From assembly GCF_001194135.2 (NCBI RefSeq), contig NC_068981.1, positions 186,362,633-186,426,632 on the forward strand: 64,000 bases of DNA, given 5' to 3'. The DNA is from Octopus bimaculoides (taxonomy: Eukaryota). Below the pieces are notes generated by a model, which was not told the DNA's origin, searched no databases, and worked only from the letters and a program-made list of their open reading frames with translations. Below are positions 62,945 through 64,000 of the stretch, in pieces. Position numbers and translations under genes: made by a program. Within the stretch, counting starts at the first letter, position 1; each line of letters begins with the position of its first letter.

Positions 62945-63787
62945 AACAGATTCGTTAAATTGTCAGCAAAAATGCTTAGGGATATTCGTTCCTAATCTCT
63001 GAGTTCAAATCACACCGGTGTGTGTAAGTATTTGGGGTGTGCGTGCGCATGTGCGTTTATCCTCCGGTGATATATATCTTCAAAAGACGCAAACATTAGC
63101 AAGAAAAACAAATAAAATTGTTCTTCGGAACGAACACCGTTTGTGATATTTGTTCCACCGCCGTTACTTAGAGACTCCCTTGTTACTTTCTCCATCGTAA
63201 AATGAAAACCATTTAACTGGTCATTGGCTTGTTGCAAACTTGTACCTATCGATATTATTGTTCTCAATATGCGACTTAAAATGAAAATTCTTAACATGAT
63301 AACCAACTAATCACTAGATACTCATTATTCGTCACGAAGCTTTTAATGAAGGCTGATACTCTCTTAACTACTCCTGTTACAATAATTTAAAGGACATTTA
63401 CGCATCTCTCACCAGTTATTGGAATTTATACTTCAATATACTTTCAACACTAACATGTCATTAATGTAACAATCAATTGTATTAAGAACCAATAAATTTG
63501 CTGAAATTTGACCAGTTCAATAGTGTTCATAATTCATTTGAATTTTTAAAATGTTCTTCTATTCTGTAATTGATACCGTTTGAATGACAGCTTTCAGTGT
63601 CCATCACCGCTGAAGTTGATACTTCGAAACAACATTTTCTAGTGAATTGAAATTTCTTATGATAAATTGAGAATACTTACTTTCTTCGTCTGGTACTCTG
63701 TTAACAAACTGCCGACGACTACTACGTTGCGTGAACTATTTATTGTATTAGGTATTGATTGCATATAACTTAAATAGTGTGCCGTAT

Positions 63788-64000
63788 ATCGGGCAAAATG
63801 CTTAGCGACATTTCGTCCCTCCTTACGTTCTAAGTTCAAATGCAGCCAAGGTAGTCTTTGCTTTTCATCTTTTCAGGCTCGATAAAATAAGCGCTAGTTG
63901 AGCAGGCTGCTCTCTTGATTAGATCAACTGGAAAACCCGCCTGTCGGTGTAACCAACGGAGTACCTTGTATCCTATTTATTTTAATGTAATCGACTTACC
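63788..64000 (+). mobile_element. SINE family B interrupted by a family C tail fragment (about 63905-63965); runs off the window end
   Basis: GGGCAAAATGCTTAGCGACATTTCGTCC...AAGTTCAAA...TCGATAAAATAAG..AGTTGAGCA, then TAGATCAACTGGAA...GTAACCAACGGAGT, then ATGTAATCGACTTACC. Confidence 0.75.

Noticed and set aside
63010-63306. 98-aa minus-strand ORF with a protein-like middle (ANDQLNGFHFTMEK...)
   Set aside because: No convincing splice sites or family resemblance.

Overview
This is a eukaryotic, very AT-rich and repeat-dense window from a short-read-style assembly. Most of its 13 N-gaps sit inside (AT)n, (GT)n, (GATA)n or (TTC)n tracts. The tRNA-derived SINE families look like those I recall from Octopus genomes; that taxon call is an inference. 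No intact multi-exon protein-coding gene can be supported, and most ORF-track entries are microsatellite read-through or antisense to repeats. Recognisable content is: about 35 SINE copies in three broad head types, a full-length but dead Tc1/mariner (DD37D/maT-type) transposon with TIRs and TA duplication (60052-61255), a second mariner fragment, two CR1/L2-like LINE 3' ends, decayed R4/Dong-like RT fragments, a probable decayed Penelope-like element, an 87-bp-arm foldback MITE and a few candidate short exons. The most notable signal is a set of type I hammerhead-ribozyme motifs from at least four unrelated sequence families (5250+, 11166+, 37681-, and a homologous pair at 41521- and 46623+), plus three more degenerate candidates. 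All the well-formed ones have a palindromic, too-short stem III, as expected for hammerheads that act as dimers, and most lie next to (AT)n tracts. The homologous pair has a 61-nt stem II hairpin that is about 26% diverged while the catalytic core is invariant. All structures and translations were done by eye; no searches or folding programs were run.
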